Source of the DNA: Cladosporium halotolerans
Lineage: Eukaryota
NCBI RefSeq assembly: GCF_011745625.1
Contig: NW_027191454.1
Location: forward strand, 124,001-188,000
Reading direction: 5' to 3'
DNA length: 64,000 nucleotides
Shown here: positions 15,934-29,900 of the stretch, piece after piece
How positions within the stretch are numbered: the stretch's first letter is position 1
Layout of the letters: the number at the start of each line of letters is the position of its first letter
Notes under the pieces: generated by a model
The model's input: the letters and a program-made list of their open reading frames with translations, nothing else
Databases searched by the model: none
What the model was told of the DNA's origin: nothing
Made by a program: the position numbers and the translations under genes

Positions 15934-16710
15934 AGCGCTCATGGATACGCGTCTTGATCGATCTATTCACAAAATATCGCCCGACCAACCATCTCTGCCA
16001 GCAACATTTCCTTGCCCAGTCTCACTGACAAGCCAACGCACAGATGGAAACACCAATACATTAATTCTCACCTACTCTGCGATTCTCGCTACCCGCCAAT
16101 TAGCCTAATCTAAGTCCCCCAGAAAGAACACAAAAAGAAGCCAACAGTAACCCAGTGGTCTCGCGAACCGACCAATCACTCAGCCGACCAACTCAAATTA
16201 GAATGTGCATGCATGCATGCTCTGTGACACAACCTTGACGAGAAGACCAAAAACAGCAACAAAAGCCCGTATCATCCCTGCCAAAAAGCTGCAAGCCAGA
16301 TATGAAGACTCGAAGGAAGAAGCGCGCTGCGTCCGTGTGCGTGTGCGTGTGCGGTCACACCGCGGCATGCATGCACTCCCATGTCCACGCCCATGTACTG
16401 TACGTAGAGCTAATCGGTGCCACGGCGTCCGTCCGCATGCAGGCAGGGACGAGAGATAAGCGGATGCAAGGGGGAAAAGCCATGCGCGCGCGTCCAGTGG
16501 ACCGGGTAAAAAGGTACGGTATCCAGGCTGTCGGCGGCGGCGAGAGGAATCCAGAGCGCTCGCCGGTTGTGTGGTACAGCATGCGGCGTGTAGAGGTACA
16601 GTACAGGTAAGCAAGCTGGCGATGTGTAAGAACCGCTCGGTGACGATGCTTTGCGTTTGATGGCCGCATTCTTTTCTTTTCTTGGTACCAGCAATCAATC
16701 AATTAATCAA

Positions 16711-19700
16711 TCAGCAACTGCCAACAACCTCGCACAGCGCCTTGACCTTCTCCTCGTCCTCGACGAGCCATCCGCGCGCGCGCATGACGCCGTCGACGAC
16801 CTCGAGCACGCGCCTGAAACCGCTGGCCGCGCCCTTGACCTGCACGAACCGCGCGATCGACAAGCCTACTTTGCGGCCGTGCTCGAGGACGACGAAGATC
16901 TCGACGCGGAAGGCGACGGGCCGGATGTCGAGCGAGTTGGCCTTGTCGACGCGCGCCGAGATGCTGTTGTGCTCGCGCGAGTACTCCAGGTCGCGGATGC
17001 CGTGGCGCTGCCATTCCTTGAGGAGCAGGACGAGCTCCTGGCGGGCGCGGCCGCGCGGGATGGAGAAGCAGACGAGGCGGGTGGCGGGCTTGATGTTGAG
17101 GAATCGAGCGAACCAGGAGCGCTCGGGTCCGGTGGTGTTTGGATTGGGGCTGCTGACTGATGGTGCGGGTGAGTTGGACGAGAAGAGTGAGTCGAGGGAG
17201 GTGTTGACCGTGCTGGACGCAACTGTTGAGAGCAAAGTTAGCAAAGGCTCGTGTCATGCTCATTGGCAGAGGTCAACGGACTGGTAGTATCTCCCTCTTC
17301 GTTTCTGTTCTCTGCACCCTTCCTTCCCAGCCATTTGGCAAATCCGTTCTTCCCACCACCAAACCTCTTCTTGCGAATGGGAAACTCGCTGCTCAAAGCC
17401 GACACCGGAGGCTCCTGCGGGAGTGGCTTTTGGAACTTCCCAAGCATTTGAGACGAACGCTTCGGAGGACGGCCATCAAGATCAAGCAACCCTGACGGAG
17501 TCTCAGGCGTCGTTCCCTGGAGATCCGGTTCAGGCGTCTTCCTCGCCCGACCGAACCAGCCCGACCTCTTCTTGCGAACGACTGGCGAAATCGGAAGGAT
17601 CGAATCCTCATCGATCGGCTCAAGAGCAGCGACAGGCTCGACACTGCGCTTCTTTTCCAGGCGTTCATGCGATGGACGCACGTGAAGCCTTTGCGCGCCA
17701 GTACCCTCGTACCTGTCGCTGTCGTTGCTGCGCTTGCGTACGTTCAAGGGTGCAACGGTGGCAGGCGACGTCTGAGGGACGATGCGTATGGTCTGATCTT
17801 CCGGTAGCTTCTCTCTACGCTTCTCGCCACGCCTATCCAATGGCGTGGGAGCGGTGACAGAGCGCCAGTTGCCCGTCCCATCCCTGCTGCTGCGAGGATC
17901 GCTTTCTTCTGAGATGATAGGCATGTAGCCACCAATGTGATCAGGCGTACGAGACTCGGGAGCGGAGACGAATCGCTTCTCCAGGGCACTGGCATCAGGA
18001 ATGATGTTCTCAAGCATCTTGAGGACCTCGTCGAAGCGCGCGGTATTGTCTTCACCGCCTGCTCTATAAGCAGCCAGCTTCTCTTTCGCCTCTCCAATCG
18101 TGCGCTGCAGGTACGAGTTCGGCGTATCCTTCGGCAGTTCCGGCAGAGGGCGGTTTGCATGCATCACTGGCAGTCTGTCAAAGTACGTGGACTTCCTTGA
18201 GACAGAAGACGGCGGTGTCTCGTACGGGCTCGGCTTGTCGCTCATGGGAGTCTGAGCCGTGAGACTCGAGCCCACGGAGTCGCGGAAGAAGGCCTCCTGG
18301 CACGCCTTCTCCAGCTCGACGCTGTGCTTCCTGATCTCGCTGCGCATCGTCTGCGTCGGAGTGTCGGCTGGCTTACGGACTTTGATCTTCGGAGTCTCCA
18401 ACAAGTGTGACTTGTCTTTCCGCGAGCGAACCATCTGTTGCAGGTGGGTCGTCGGACTGGAGCTGAACTGGCTGAAGGAGCTCGTCAACTTCGCAGCTCG
18501 GCGGTCCCTGATGGAGTCGGGCATCTGCGGTGTTGCGGGAGTGGCCATTTGAGTCGATCCCTGGGAAGTGAGTGCACTCGTAGTAGACGTGCGTCTGACG
18601 TGCCCGAAACTGACGCCTCGCCTGTGGACATCCGATGGCCTCATGGTTGCAATGACCGGAGGACTGCTAGGCAACGCCGAGCTGGTGAGCGAATGCCTGG
18701 AGATCGAAGACCGGCGCATCGATGTCCTGCTGCGGCCAGAGCGGGCCAGACTGGAGTTTGAGTAGTTGGAGCTACCCCGATTGTGTTGCTTGAGCATCTC
18801 AATGCGGAGGGAGTTTGGATGCCGAAGACTGCGCGTGACACTAGCCTTGCGCGTGCCACTGCTACTACTCCGGTGGACAACGACGTTAACATAGTCTCCG
18901 CGGTTCACGATGGGGTCTCTCGAGGCTCGGTATGGATCGTAAGTGCTGACGGATGGCGGAGGCTCGATGAAACTGTGACTTGGCCGAAGGTGCTCGTCGT
19001 TCATGATCGAGTACTGAGACTGCGAGCGTTGCTCGTTGTTGAGAGGTATAGGCGGCGCACGCGAGGTGTCGGGCGCTTGACTGTGGTGATAGTCGCTTGC
19101 AGAGTAGCCCATGCCATCGATGTCACCGGCATAGTTCTCAAGATGCTCCGCACGATGCTTTAAAAGAGCTGCGTAGAAGACTTTCTCCTGGTTGATGTCG
19201 CGATTCGTAAGTTTGTTCAGGAGACTCGATTCCGGCTCGCTGTGCCAAAGTGTGCGCATGTTGCGCAGGATGTCACGGTCGACGTCCGATGCGTGCCTGA
19301 TAGTCCAGTCCTCCAATCTAGGCACCGGGCCAATTGCTGCTTCTTTGGTGCCCTCAGGCCCATCCAGACCGAACTGCTTGTCGAACTTGTGCATCAGCGG
19401 GTGGTCCCAGAGGCCGTCCATCGTGATCCGACACTTGGGATCCGGAACAAAGATGCGACGGATCAAGTCTTTGGCCTCAACACCGAGGTCGGGCGGCATG
19501 TAGTATTTGGCTCTTGCGATATCTCTGAAAAGTATGCGTATATCACCCTCTTGCCCGTAGTTGTACGGCGTAGTGCCAGTCAGCATGACATATAGAATGA
19601 CACCGCAACTCCACACGTCTGCCTGCTTGCCGTCGTATGGCCGAGAGCTGATAACCTCGGGAGCTGCGTAATGAGGGCTGCCGCAAGGTGTGCTGAGTAG

Positions 19701-20561
19701 TCTCCCGTCGGCTTGCAGTGCAGCCATGCCAAAGTCGATGAGCTTGACAGTCAAGGTTTTCGGATCCAGCAGGATGTTCTCTGGCTTCAGATCTCGGTGA
19801 CAGATGTGCATACGGTGGCAATACAGCAGTGCGGCGATGATCTGCCGAAAGATGATGATGGTCTCGTCTTCCGGGAGGCCTCGTCTTTGCTCGACGTAAT
19901 GGAATAGCTCGCCACCCTCGACGTATTCCATGATGAGGTAGAGCTCGTTGCTGTTCTCCCAGACATCGAAAAGCCGTACAATATTCTCGTGCTCGAGTAA
20001 CTTCATGACGGCAATCTCACGTTCAAGGCCGTATGGAATAGGTTTGAACCCAGCAACATTGAAAGAGACGTTGGCTTTGCTACTGTCGATGAGGTTTGCC
20101 AGACTCTGTGCACGGGTGTTTTCCGCCGTTGATCTCGCGATGATCTTGACCGCTCCATACTGCCGAGTGTATCTGTGACGTACGGCCCTCACTCTTGAGC
20201 AGCCTCCCTTGCCGATCGTTTTCCCGAGTTGCCAATGCCCAATATATGCTTTGCGTTGGCGGCCGGAGGCTGTTGTCGATGTTGTGGAAAAGGCAGAGTT
20301 GCGCTTCGAATCGCGTTCGTCTCGATTGGCGATTTGAGACATCCGCTTGTGCTCGGGCGAGCTCATTTGAGCGGCGCGGACTCGAAGAGAGCCATTGGGA
20401 ACGAGAGACTCACAGTGGGGGAGACTGTTCGGCGAAGGCGTCGACTTCTTGATATGCTTCTGAGGCATTCGAGGTAAAGGAGACGAGTTCGCTCCGTTGG
20501 AAACCTCGCTCAATGGTTGTCTCTTGGGCGCTGGGCGCTTGCTGCGGTATCGATCCGCCAT
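16711..20561 (-). CDS. Nim1/Gin4/Hsl1-family Ser/Thr kinase with C-terminal fungal KA1 domain
   Basis: Kinase motifs GKGG..V, AVKII, HRDLKPEN, DFG, CGSPHYAAPE, DVWSCG. Intron ~17223-17281 (GCTAAC..CAG). Last exon RSWFARFLNIKP...WQRHGI...ARFVQVKGAASGFRRV matches KA1. Confidence 0.93.
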
Positions 20562-22754
20562 GGAAGATCGAGATGGATGCTGACGAGGGGTCTCTCATGC
20601 GATGTAGAAGCTCGAAGCTTTCCAGGTCGAGTCCTGTATGATGCCAACTGTATGCTCGCGTTAAGACTGCCGTGCCACTTGATGCTCGTTGATCGATGTT
20701 CGACACTCCTATTTATCCAAGGCGGCTGTCTCTCGGGTCATGCAGCAGACAAAACAGCGGGTACTGGCGGACATCTGGCGGGACAAGGGTCGAAGCGGCG
20801 GCACCCAAGAGAGCGTACGGCTTGCGAAAGCGAAGCCTTGAAGCGGTAGAAGACGCTGAATGCGAAGGACGAGAGGAGGTCACGCAGGCCGGGCCAAACA
20901 ACGAGCGGGTGCTAGACGTGAATGTGCAAGGCACTGCAGGTGTCGCCGGCAGACGCGTGGGAGGAGCGCGAGGTAAGCCCGCCACGCTCGGCGCGCAGCT
21001 CAGGACCGGGAGGAAGGCGCGGGACGTTGACTAGGGAAGGAGGTGTGGTTGCTGTCGCTCATGCAGACGGGGGAAGCAGAAGGGAAGCCAGCAGCAGGTT
21101 GACACCTATGATCTTCCGGAGCGAATAATTCCAACGCATGGTCAGAAGTGGCAAGGTTTGCAGACGGGATTGGCTTGTTTGTTGCTTGCGCTTCTTTGGG
21201 GCATCGATGAGGAATGTACATGCACCTGCCGCCAAGCGCTTGCAACAATACATGTTCGCACCACCTAACGAGCCCTTCGGAGATAATCGATCAGTTGCTC
21301 GACTTGTTAGCAGAAGACGGTATCGTTCTGTCTGTAATCCTCATAGGTTGTGCTTCAGCTTCTTCGCCTACAATTGCGGTTCCGCCCGAGCCTCCATGAT
21401 CTTGAGCAAAAACACACGCCATGACCGCAACGTATGCCCCAAGAACCAAATGATGAATAGATGCAGAGGGTCTCTCTCGCACAGATATAGTCATGAAGCC
21501 TCCTACCGTTCCCGTATTCAATCATCCACCCTCCTCCAACCCATCGAAACGGCTCTGCATCACCTCCTACACTCCACAGAAACACCGCTGTCAACCAGAC
21601 CAAGAAGCGACGACCGCATCGTTCAGCTTCACAGATGTAAACTTGGAGCGGACCGCGTAAAGATCAAGAACGCACCACGCACGCCCTCACACATCGATCC
21701 CTCGAAGCGTGAAGTCGGCGCAAAAGCACAGCAGCCCGCCGATCGTCGCACCGCCAAGCACGCCCGCGACCGCACTTATTGATCCGATCGAAGGTCTCGA
21801 CGCAACGCGACGACTGAGCAAAAGTACACGCCTGAGACATGAAATGGTCGAGGTGAGGCAGAGAACTAATGGAGACAGAGGAAGGCCCGCGGAGAGCGTG
21901 TACTCGCACCTTCGCGCCGCGTCAAGGGCCATTGGAATGCTGTGCTTGATATACCTAGTATGCGCAGGTGCCTTGGGGTCAGACATTATTGTCTTCATTA
22001 CCTGCTACTTACTCAACGTACGCTCGGAGGGACGGCGCCTTGTCCGTGAAAACGCCTGGTCAGATGATATGTGTGCTTTGAGAAGGAGACAAAAAAACAC
22101 AATGAACGAGCATGCAAATACCAGCAGCAGCATATCAACGTGTGCGTGATGCTTTCCACAGCTCTGGATTCCAAAAGTTACAAGCATGTGAGCCCAGACA
22201 AACAGGGCGCAGGAGTAATAGAAATATAACCGTAAAAATATCGAAGAATGCGACAGATCCACCGCCCACCAACCATGACGCAGCCAGCCAGCCAGCTTGC
22301 AGACACCCCATTGCAGAGACTACTCGAGATTGACAGATAGAGAGATGGACAGAGGAAACCGATATGGAGAGCGCGTACGAGCATAGTACAAGGGTAAATA
22401 CATTCAGAAACCTTTGCAAGCCTTCGACTTTCTCCCTCCCGCCCAAGCCCGACGAAGGGGGAGGGGATTAAGCGACGCAGCTAGAGAAGAGAAAGACTGG
22501 GAAAATTTGCGTGCGCGCGCCAGCTCGATAGAAACAGCCAATGTGGTGGTAAGCATGAAAAGGAAGAAAGAAAATAGAAAAGCAAAGGGTATCGATCCGT
22601 AATAACTCGTAACATTCCGTGAGCGTGAAATGACTGCCGGACAGGTCCCGGTCTTGCGCCGTTTGGTTTGGTAAGAGGTGTTGGAGAAGAAGGATGAGGA
22701 GTCGGTCAGTCAGCTGCGAGTTGACCTGATTGACTGTGTTGTTCTTGCTGTTGT

Positions 22755-24080
22755 TTATGCGGAGGCGGTGACCACGGGGCTGATTTCGTGATCGCTCTTC
22801 ATGTCGGGCGAGATGGAGCCGTCGAGCTCCTTGACTTCGGAGGTGCCGTGGGCTTTGCCGCAGCCTTTAACAAGGACATGGCGCTGGGATGGGAGTCAGT
22901 TATGCATTCAGAAAGGGAAATATAGTTGGCACCATGGACATACCTTGAGGGCGTCTTTCCGGGAGAAGCTCTTGTCGCAGTGTCCGCAAGGGAAGGGCTT
23001 GACGGCAAGATGGATGCGCTTGTGTCGCTTCAGATCGTGGTTGCGGTTGAAGCTCTGAGGGCACTGATCGCATCGGAAAGGACGCTCCGCCTGTGAATTG
23101 GGCTGCTGGACGTGGTGACCATACAGTTGCTGCATCGCAGCGTGTCCGCTGTTATATTGCATGGGCATGCCGTGGGACATTCCATTCACCAGCGCGAGCT
23201 GACCATTCGGATTGCCGACGTTGGAGAGGACAGGTCCAAGCGGCGGATACGAGAAAGGGCGAGGTTGGTAGGCGTGTTGCTGAGAGTGAAGAGACGGAAT
23301 GGATCCATGTCCGTTGCCAGGAGATGCCCTTGGCATGGACATCCCGCTGCCAGGGCTCGGGATCACTGGTGACGGGCCAGTGGAGTAGGAGAACGATGAT
23401 TGCTGAGGCGTGACGGAATGCTGTGACCCACCGTAGTAGGTGGGTGTAGGCGGCGGTCGCGCGAAAGCGTCTTGTGATGTGACAGGCGATGGCTGGGTCA
23501 CCGCAGATGCAGGCGCCGAGCCACCCATCATGGCGCTGCCAATCATCTGTTGCTGATGGTGGTGGTTCGGGACTGAAGGAAGGCTGGGGGCTGACATCGA
23601 CATCGAAGCGGCTCCTGAGTATTGGGGAAGTTCGTAAGGAGGAGGCGGCAGACCTTCGCTTGCGGTTGGGGAGTGTGTTCCGCGCACGATCGAATTCAGC
23701 GAGGGCGAGAAGATGTTTCCACGGCCAAACTGCTGGGCAGCAGACTGAAATCCGTAGGGAGTGCTTGCCGGCGCTGACCACGCAGCACTGTTGGGTGTGT
23801 AGTTACCGGGCGTGAAGGGCTGGCTTGGTAGAGAGCTCGCGGTCGTGGCTCCTGATGCAGGGCTAAGCCCGTCGAGAGAATTGTTGCTGGGAGGCGTGAG
23901 AAGGTTGCCGACACTGGTGAGTGTGGTGCTTGTTCCGTGGGTTGAGTGGACAGGGTAGGCAGGAGTCTGAAACTTCGTCTGGAGGTTCGCTAGAGGCGGA
24001 GGCGGAAGCTCAAAGGTAGGCAGCGCAGAAGCATTTGGCCTTCTCGAGGTAAAGCTATGTGCATCCGAGATGGTATTCAT
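22755..24080 (-). CDS. C2H2 zinc-finger transcription factor (two C-terminal fingers); first in-frame ATG 24080, frame open to ~24269
   Basis: RPFRCDQCPQSFNRNHDLKRHKRIHLAVKPFPCGHCDKSFSRKDALK, intron 22884-22943, then RHVLVKGCG...SA*. P/S/Q-rich N-terminus. Confidence 0.9.
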
Positions 24081-26050
24081 CGAAGGAGGGAACGCCACGG
24101 CGGCAGCCACGTTGGCGTTTTGACGATCGAACGGGTTAGAGTGTTGGCTCTGGTCTGCCGGTGGAGTCGGCAGCGGCTGAAAGTAGTTCTTTTGAGGAAC
24201 AGAAAACGGCTTTCCGGCCGGCAAAAAGTGCCCCGGGGGAGTAGGAAGGGAAGCCACGGAGGGCAGGAGTCAGGGATGCTGATGCGATCCGATCAGGAGA
24301 AGGGGCAGGATCTAGTGTGAGGCCGCAGGGTCGGGACCACGGTGGCAATGCTGTGAACGCGAGGATACCAGCGTCCTGGGTACAACCAAGCTTTGTACTC
24401 GAGCAGACACCGGGAGCCTGGAAGGATGCGTCCAGGCGGTCGACGGTGGCGGGTTAGACGAGGCGAACGAGCGTGCGGATTCGGTCGAGGGTGACACGAA
24501 TGTATGCAGGATGATCCAAAAGGTGGAGGGCGACGCCGAGACGGTCGGAGAGGGCGTGATGGCGCTACCAAGACCAAGACGCGGGAGACGAGGCTTACAG
24601 ATGGCAGGCGTGCAATCGGAGCGGAGGGCCAGGGGCGCGGGCACGATCTGGGAGGCCTGAAGGGGGGTGGTGCAGACGCTGCGTTACACGAAGGCGGCGA
24701 GACGGTGCGACTGCCCAAACGGCGACGTTCTTTGTGTCGAGCAGGGCTGCTGGCCAAGGAAGACGAGATGAGGGCGGGACAGGGCGTGGGCCGTGTGGGG
24801 TGAGGGAGCGAGGGACGCGGGCGAGGCGCTGAGCGTCGTGCAGGGAGGTGCAGAGGGTGTTGTTGTTGTCGTCGCGAGAGGGAAGCGTGGTCGTCGCGGT
24901 CGTCGAGGTCGTCGTCGCTGTCGTCGGTACGAGGGCGGGCGAAGCTGCGGGCGGTGCTGGAGGAGGTGAGGTCGCAGGTCTTTGATGGGAGTGGCGATCC
25001 TTTGTTAAGCTTATTACGTGCCTGGCGCGCGGATGGCTGGACACGGTCCAGGCGCCATGCTGCGGGCATGTCTGTAGGTATATACGCTCTGGCGCGCGAG
25101 AGGGCCAGGTTCGGCGCGGCAGGAAGGCAGGCTAGGCTCTCTCGCGGAGCCAGAGGGGCTAGCGCGCGCGATGCCCGCCACGGGGCAGTCAAAGCGCTAT
25201 GATCTGGACTGCCGGCGCCCTGCCTGCACGTTCGAAGCCACGGCCAACCCACGCGGGCCCGATCTCATTAAACCGCAGGCGGGTGCAAACAGGCGAGCGA
25301 CGTGATACACCGCAGCCTTCCGCCCGCCTGGCCATCGCCCGGGACTCTCCTCCCCTCCAAACTCTATCCCACCCGTTCCCCGACCCTTTCACTTACAGTC
25401 GGCCAGTCCCGTACGCTACAGCACCGCGCTCTTTCGCGCCGAGAGCCCGCCCCAGGTCCGTCTGGATCTTGCCGCGCCAGTCGCCCCTCCGCCGTCTGCG
25501 GTCGGCCGTATCGCGAGTCACAGCGCGGTCAGGAAGAAGGCCAGCGTGCCTTGCCTATCGCCCCATACAGACACAGTCAGTACACACCAGCTGGTCCCCA
25601 CCCGCCGCCGCAGCGACTTCGCAGCCTGGGCGCCGGCCGTTGGCCCTTCTCAGCCTGGCAGGGCCCCCGTTGGGAGAGAGGGCTCGAGGGCCAACGTGCC
25701 CTGCGCGCCCCAATTCGAGCGAAGCGCGCCAGGCGACACGACGCAGCGGCCCATGATCCCAAGCGATCTGCTGCTTGGTTGCTTGGTTGCTTGCTTCTTC
25801 TTCACGCCCGCTACACCCTCTCGCCCTCTGCCGCCCGCTGCATCGCGATCCTGACGCTGCCTGCCCAAGGCTCTGCACTCGTGCCCTCCTTCGTGCCCGC
25901 CCAACCCTTGCCCCACCGCTTCCCACCATTGGACTGTTTCGTCGCGACCCTTAGCGTCCCTCCCCATGTCGCCGTGCGCTCGTCTATTCGCTGCTCCCGC
26001 CGGCGGGACGCAGGTTGGCGCGCTTCTGCTGCGCTGAGACAGACTGCGCG

Positions 26051-26074
26051 CTGCTGCTGCTGCTGCTGCTGCTG
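26051..26074 (+). repeat. (CTG)8 microsatellite
   Basis: Seen directly. Confidence 0.9.
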
Positions 26075-26920
26075 CCGTCTCCCCTCTGGTTGCGAACTGC
26101 AGCGTGTTTCCCCCATGCGGACTGGTCCTGGCGGCGCCGATGATCGTGAGCCCGAACAAGCTCGCCCTGCGCCGAGCCTCTCAGCTGAGCTGCGCCGTGG
26201 AATTGCCCGCGCGCGCGATCGCCCTGATTGGCAGCCCTGCAGCAATCGACCGAGCATCGCAATAGCGATAGCGAATCCAATATCCGTGTCAGAGCGCGGC
26301 CGCAGTAATAATAGCAAATTCACCCGCGCTGTCTCATCTCGCCTGCGGTCAGGCCGCGGTCGCAGCGTGAGGGCTGCGGTGCGATGCCGCGCTGCGTCGG
26401 GCACCCGCTGTCATCGCCAACTGCTGCTGCTGAGCCGTCACCTGCATGCAAGCTTGCTCATCCCACCATAGCCACCATACAGTAGCCAGTGTAGCGCTCG
26501 CCGCTTGCTGATCTCTCGCGAGGCTCCCACTGCCTGCTGCACGGCGCGGCACAGGCGCCCAGGGTTCATTTCACCACGCCACGGGCTCGGAAGGCCGCCC
26601 GGATCTGCGCGGACCCAGGAGGGAGGCGCCGGCGCCACTCGCCCCGATCGTCTGCACCGTCTCCTCACAACCACGTGCCAGAGCGCCGCCAGCCCAAGCA
26701 CGAACTCTTTCCGCCGTCCAGCTGCTGTCGCGCGAACGGCGGCCGTGTGCGACGTGACGCTTGCGCTGCCGGTGCTGCGTGAGGCCCGTCTTTGTCGCCG
26801 CAACATCCCCACCACGCCACGAGGCCGCACAAGCACGCCGGACAGCGTCGGCGGACACCATCGGCCAGTCTCGAAGCGGGCAGGCCTCCCTGACTGACCC
26901 CGGCTGGCCGGCGGGAGTCG

Positions 26921-26955
26921 CCAGCAAGGCCCAGCAAGGCCCAGCAAGGCCCAGC
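26921..26955 (+). repeat. 10-bp tandem repeat (CCAGCAAGGC) x3.5
   Basis: Seen directly. Confidence 0.9.
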
Positions 26956-29900
26956 TAGCGCGCATGTAGCCATGTACGCACACGCCCCCTTGGCAAAAGC
27001 CTCCTCAGATCGCTGCTGCGTCCTGCTGCGCCCGCCCGCGTGCTTGGGCTCCAGGCGTCTGGAGATCGACTGCTAATCCGCGCCATGGCGTCCACGGGAG
27101 CACAAACCTACGCCATGACGGGCGTGGCAAGTCCCGAAGACAGACATGGCTGGCCTGCCTGCTGCTGCCACTCCCCCGCCAGGCCAGGCCGCCCGGTGTG
27201 GCGGATGGCGTGGCTTCTTTGTTCCTCGCGGCCGCCCGCAGGCCGTTTGTGTCAAATCATGCCGCTACCCTCGCACGGCGCCCGACGTCCCTGGCCACGG
27301 GTGCTGGGACAGCGTTCTCTGCGTGCAAGCGACGATGCCGCCGCCCGCTGCCGTGCTTGCCCCTTCCGAGCATCGCACCCATGGCATGCCTGCCTGGGCG
27401 CGTGTGCCGCGAGGTAATCCAAATCATCCCGCTGTTTCGCTTGCGACGAGTATTATTGAAGGATCGCTGCTGCTTTCTGTTTCTGACTACTGCAGCTCCC
27501 ACCAATGGCGCCGCCTGCTAAGCGAGCATCTCACTCGGTCCGGCCCCCGGGGTGCCCGAAAGTCTGGTGATGCAGGGTGGCAGGCCACTGCAGGCCTCGC
27601 CGGCCTGGATTGGAGCGCCGGACAAGCTTCGCAAGCGCGGCGCTGCACATTGCGGTTGGCTGCCGAGGCTGCTCTGCCCACGCGCGCGACGGACACCCGC
27701 CCCTGCGGAAACACGTTGTGGCACCCTCGTAGCCATTCAGCCTCGCTCGCCCTTGACGCCGCAAGCGCAGCCATCGTGCGCCGCAACGCTGTCCACCCGC
27801 ACGACAGGAACCTCAGCGACGCCCCGAGCAAGATCGCCTCTGGGGGTAGAGTCCGGGGCGCTAACCCGAAAACCAAGGTCCGCCCAGGCACCATTCCTAC
27901 GACTCGCAAGCTCGTTGGGTCGCATGGTGCTCATCAACTCGCCAAAGCACCGACTCGCGCCGCTAGGCTGCATCCGCTCGTATACGAGGCATATACGCGA
28001 TGCGATTACCGGTGGTCTTTGGAATAGGACCAGGGCACGCAAGGCCGCTTGCGAGCACCCCAGCCCTTTTTCCCGCGCGCATGCTATATTGCCAGAGATA
28101 AACCGCCGGCAACAGCCGTGAGGGGGCGTTGGAATGACACAAGTGCACCTGACATTAGTGCCCTCTCCCGATCCGCCTGGATCAGAGATCACCGAAACCC
28201 AAACAGACATCTCCAGAATCTCCGCATTTCTTGGCCTGCTCTACGTTATCATGAGGGCCGCGCGCGAGACAAACTCCCGATTTAGCCTTTCAGCAAGCGT
28301 CACTAGCCCGTCTGCTGTCCCTCCTGTCCCTCCCCCGACGGCACTTTGCGCGTTTTGGTCTGGACCGTCCCAGTCCGGGGTAAGAGAGGTCGAGACTGGG
28401 CGATTCTGCCGTTTGGTCTATCTCCTTCTACGTTGTGAGTACTATTATCGACCATGACGTTTGACCATCATCCAAGCACTCGTCGCGTAATTGCTCACCG
28501 TACTCACGGACCCGACGAGTGAGTATACTGCCGCGAGATTACGCCATGTAAACTTCAATAACGGAGATTCGATCGCTCGCTTCTGGCCCGCCGAAATAAT
28601 ACCTTACCTTATCCTTCAATGGCCTCGTCCAGCGGGCGAACCCAATGCGCAACAACAAACGGCATAAATCACTCTGACCGACGGCACAATCCGTCAAAAA
28701 CCGTCACCGCCAAACCTGCAAGTACATATCCTCCAGCACAGAGCGTCAATTGACCTCCTATCCCCAGCCAGCCGCCGAGTGTGCCTTGCAGCACCTACGC
28801 GTCGCGGCGGCGAAAGCAAGCAAAAGCCCCCCTCCCCTCAAGCATCAATTCTCCTAGCCTTGCCTAAACTTCCACCGCCCCCCGACCACGTGCCACAGCC
28901 TACTTCTCGCGCCAGCCACTTCCCTCACACCCCTAGGCGGGCGCCCCGTCACTTAAGGCTGAGGCTTGGATCGAAGGCGCCCTCCCTACCGTGGACGACC
29001 CAGCGCCCGCCCGCCTGCACATGCAGACACGTGGTGGCTGCGGGCGGTGTATAGCCTTCGTTACTATTGCTTTTTTCCCTCCCAAGACCTGCCTGCTCGC
29101 GCCGGTCGCGTCCTAGCTCGCGCGAGATCAGATACGGAGGCTGGCTGACGTCGCTTAAAGGAGATCGTGCATATGCTGCTAGCTTCTCTTGTACTTGCTG
29201 TACTATCGCTGCGGCGCGCTGCGCGCCGCGGCGATTGCTCGTCAGGAATCGAATTGTCAAGCCGCCGGTCCGGGGGCCGCGAGCTTTAGGGGCGCCCGGT
29301 GGCTGAGAGTTAGGATCGTGTCGTTGACTCGTTTAGGTGTTGAGGGATCGTGAATTCTTGCCGTTTTGTTGATGATGTGTTTGCTGGGCGGCCGCTTTGG
29401 GACGGCGCGTTCTCGCCGTGGCCGGTAAGACCCGCGATGCACGACGCTGAGTGCGTTATCTTGCTTGGTTGTCTTGAGTTCTCCTTGTTGGATCTGGACG
29501 CTGGGGTCGGGTCTTGGGGACGTGACTCGAATGGTCTGGTCCGCGGTTTAGCGAGTCTGGCTCCAGCTGTGTCGAGGTCATGCCTCGCAGTGCATGACAG
29601 CGGAACACGATCTGATTCTAGAGCGATAGTGCTGGAAGTATCGCGGCTCTACTTGTCTGATTGCCTTAGGAGGGTCAACGTGATCAATGTTCAGACTGGC
29701 GGCTGACACGCTGTAGAGACTCCTCCCTCGGAAGCGTCGGTTTTGCACTCATTCTTGACGAACGACAGCCGAGTACATCAACGTATCAACTGCGCTCGCA
29801 CAGCTGCACGAAAAAGATAGCTTGAACAAAACTTCTGGAAATCAGGATATCAGCTAGCAATTCTGGCATTCCCCTCGCACCCAAAAGCACCAATGCTAAC

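Noticed and set aside
24362..24378. ATACCAGCG resembling part of a TPP riboswitch
   Set aside because: The other aptamer elements (CTGAGA, GAACTTGATC) are missing and no thiamine gene is adjacent.
25302..26471. 389-aa ORF and other long ORFs in 24.3-28.2 kb
   Set aside because: R/P/A-rich translations of GC-rich non-coding DNA, open in several frames, with a poly-Cys run that derives from a microsatellite.
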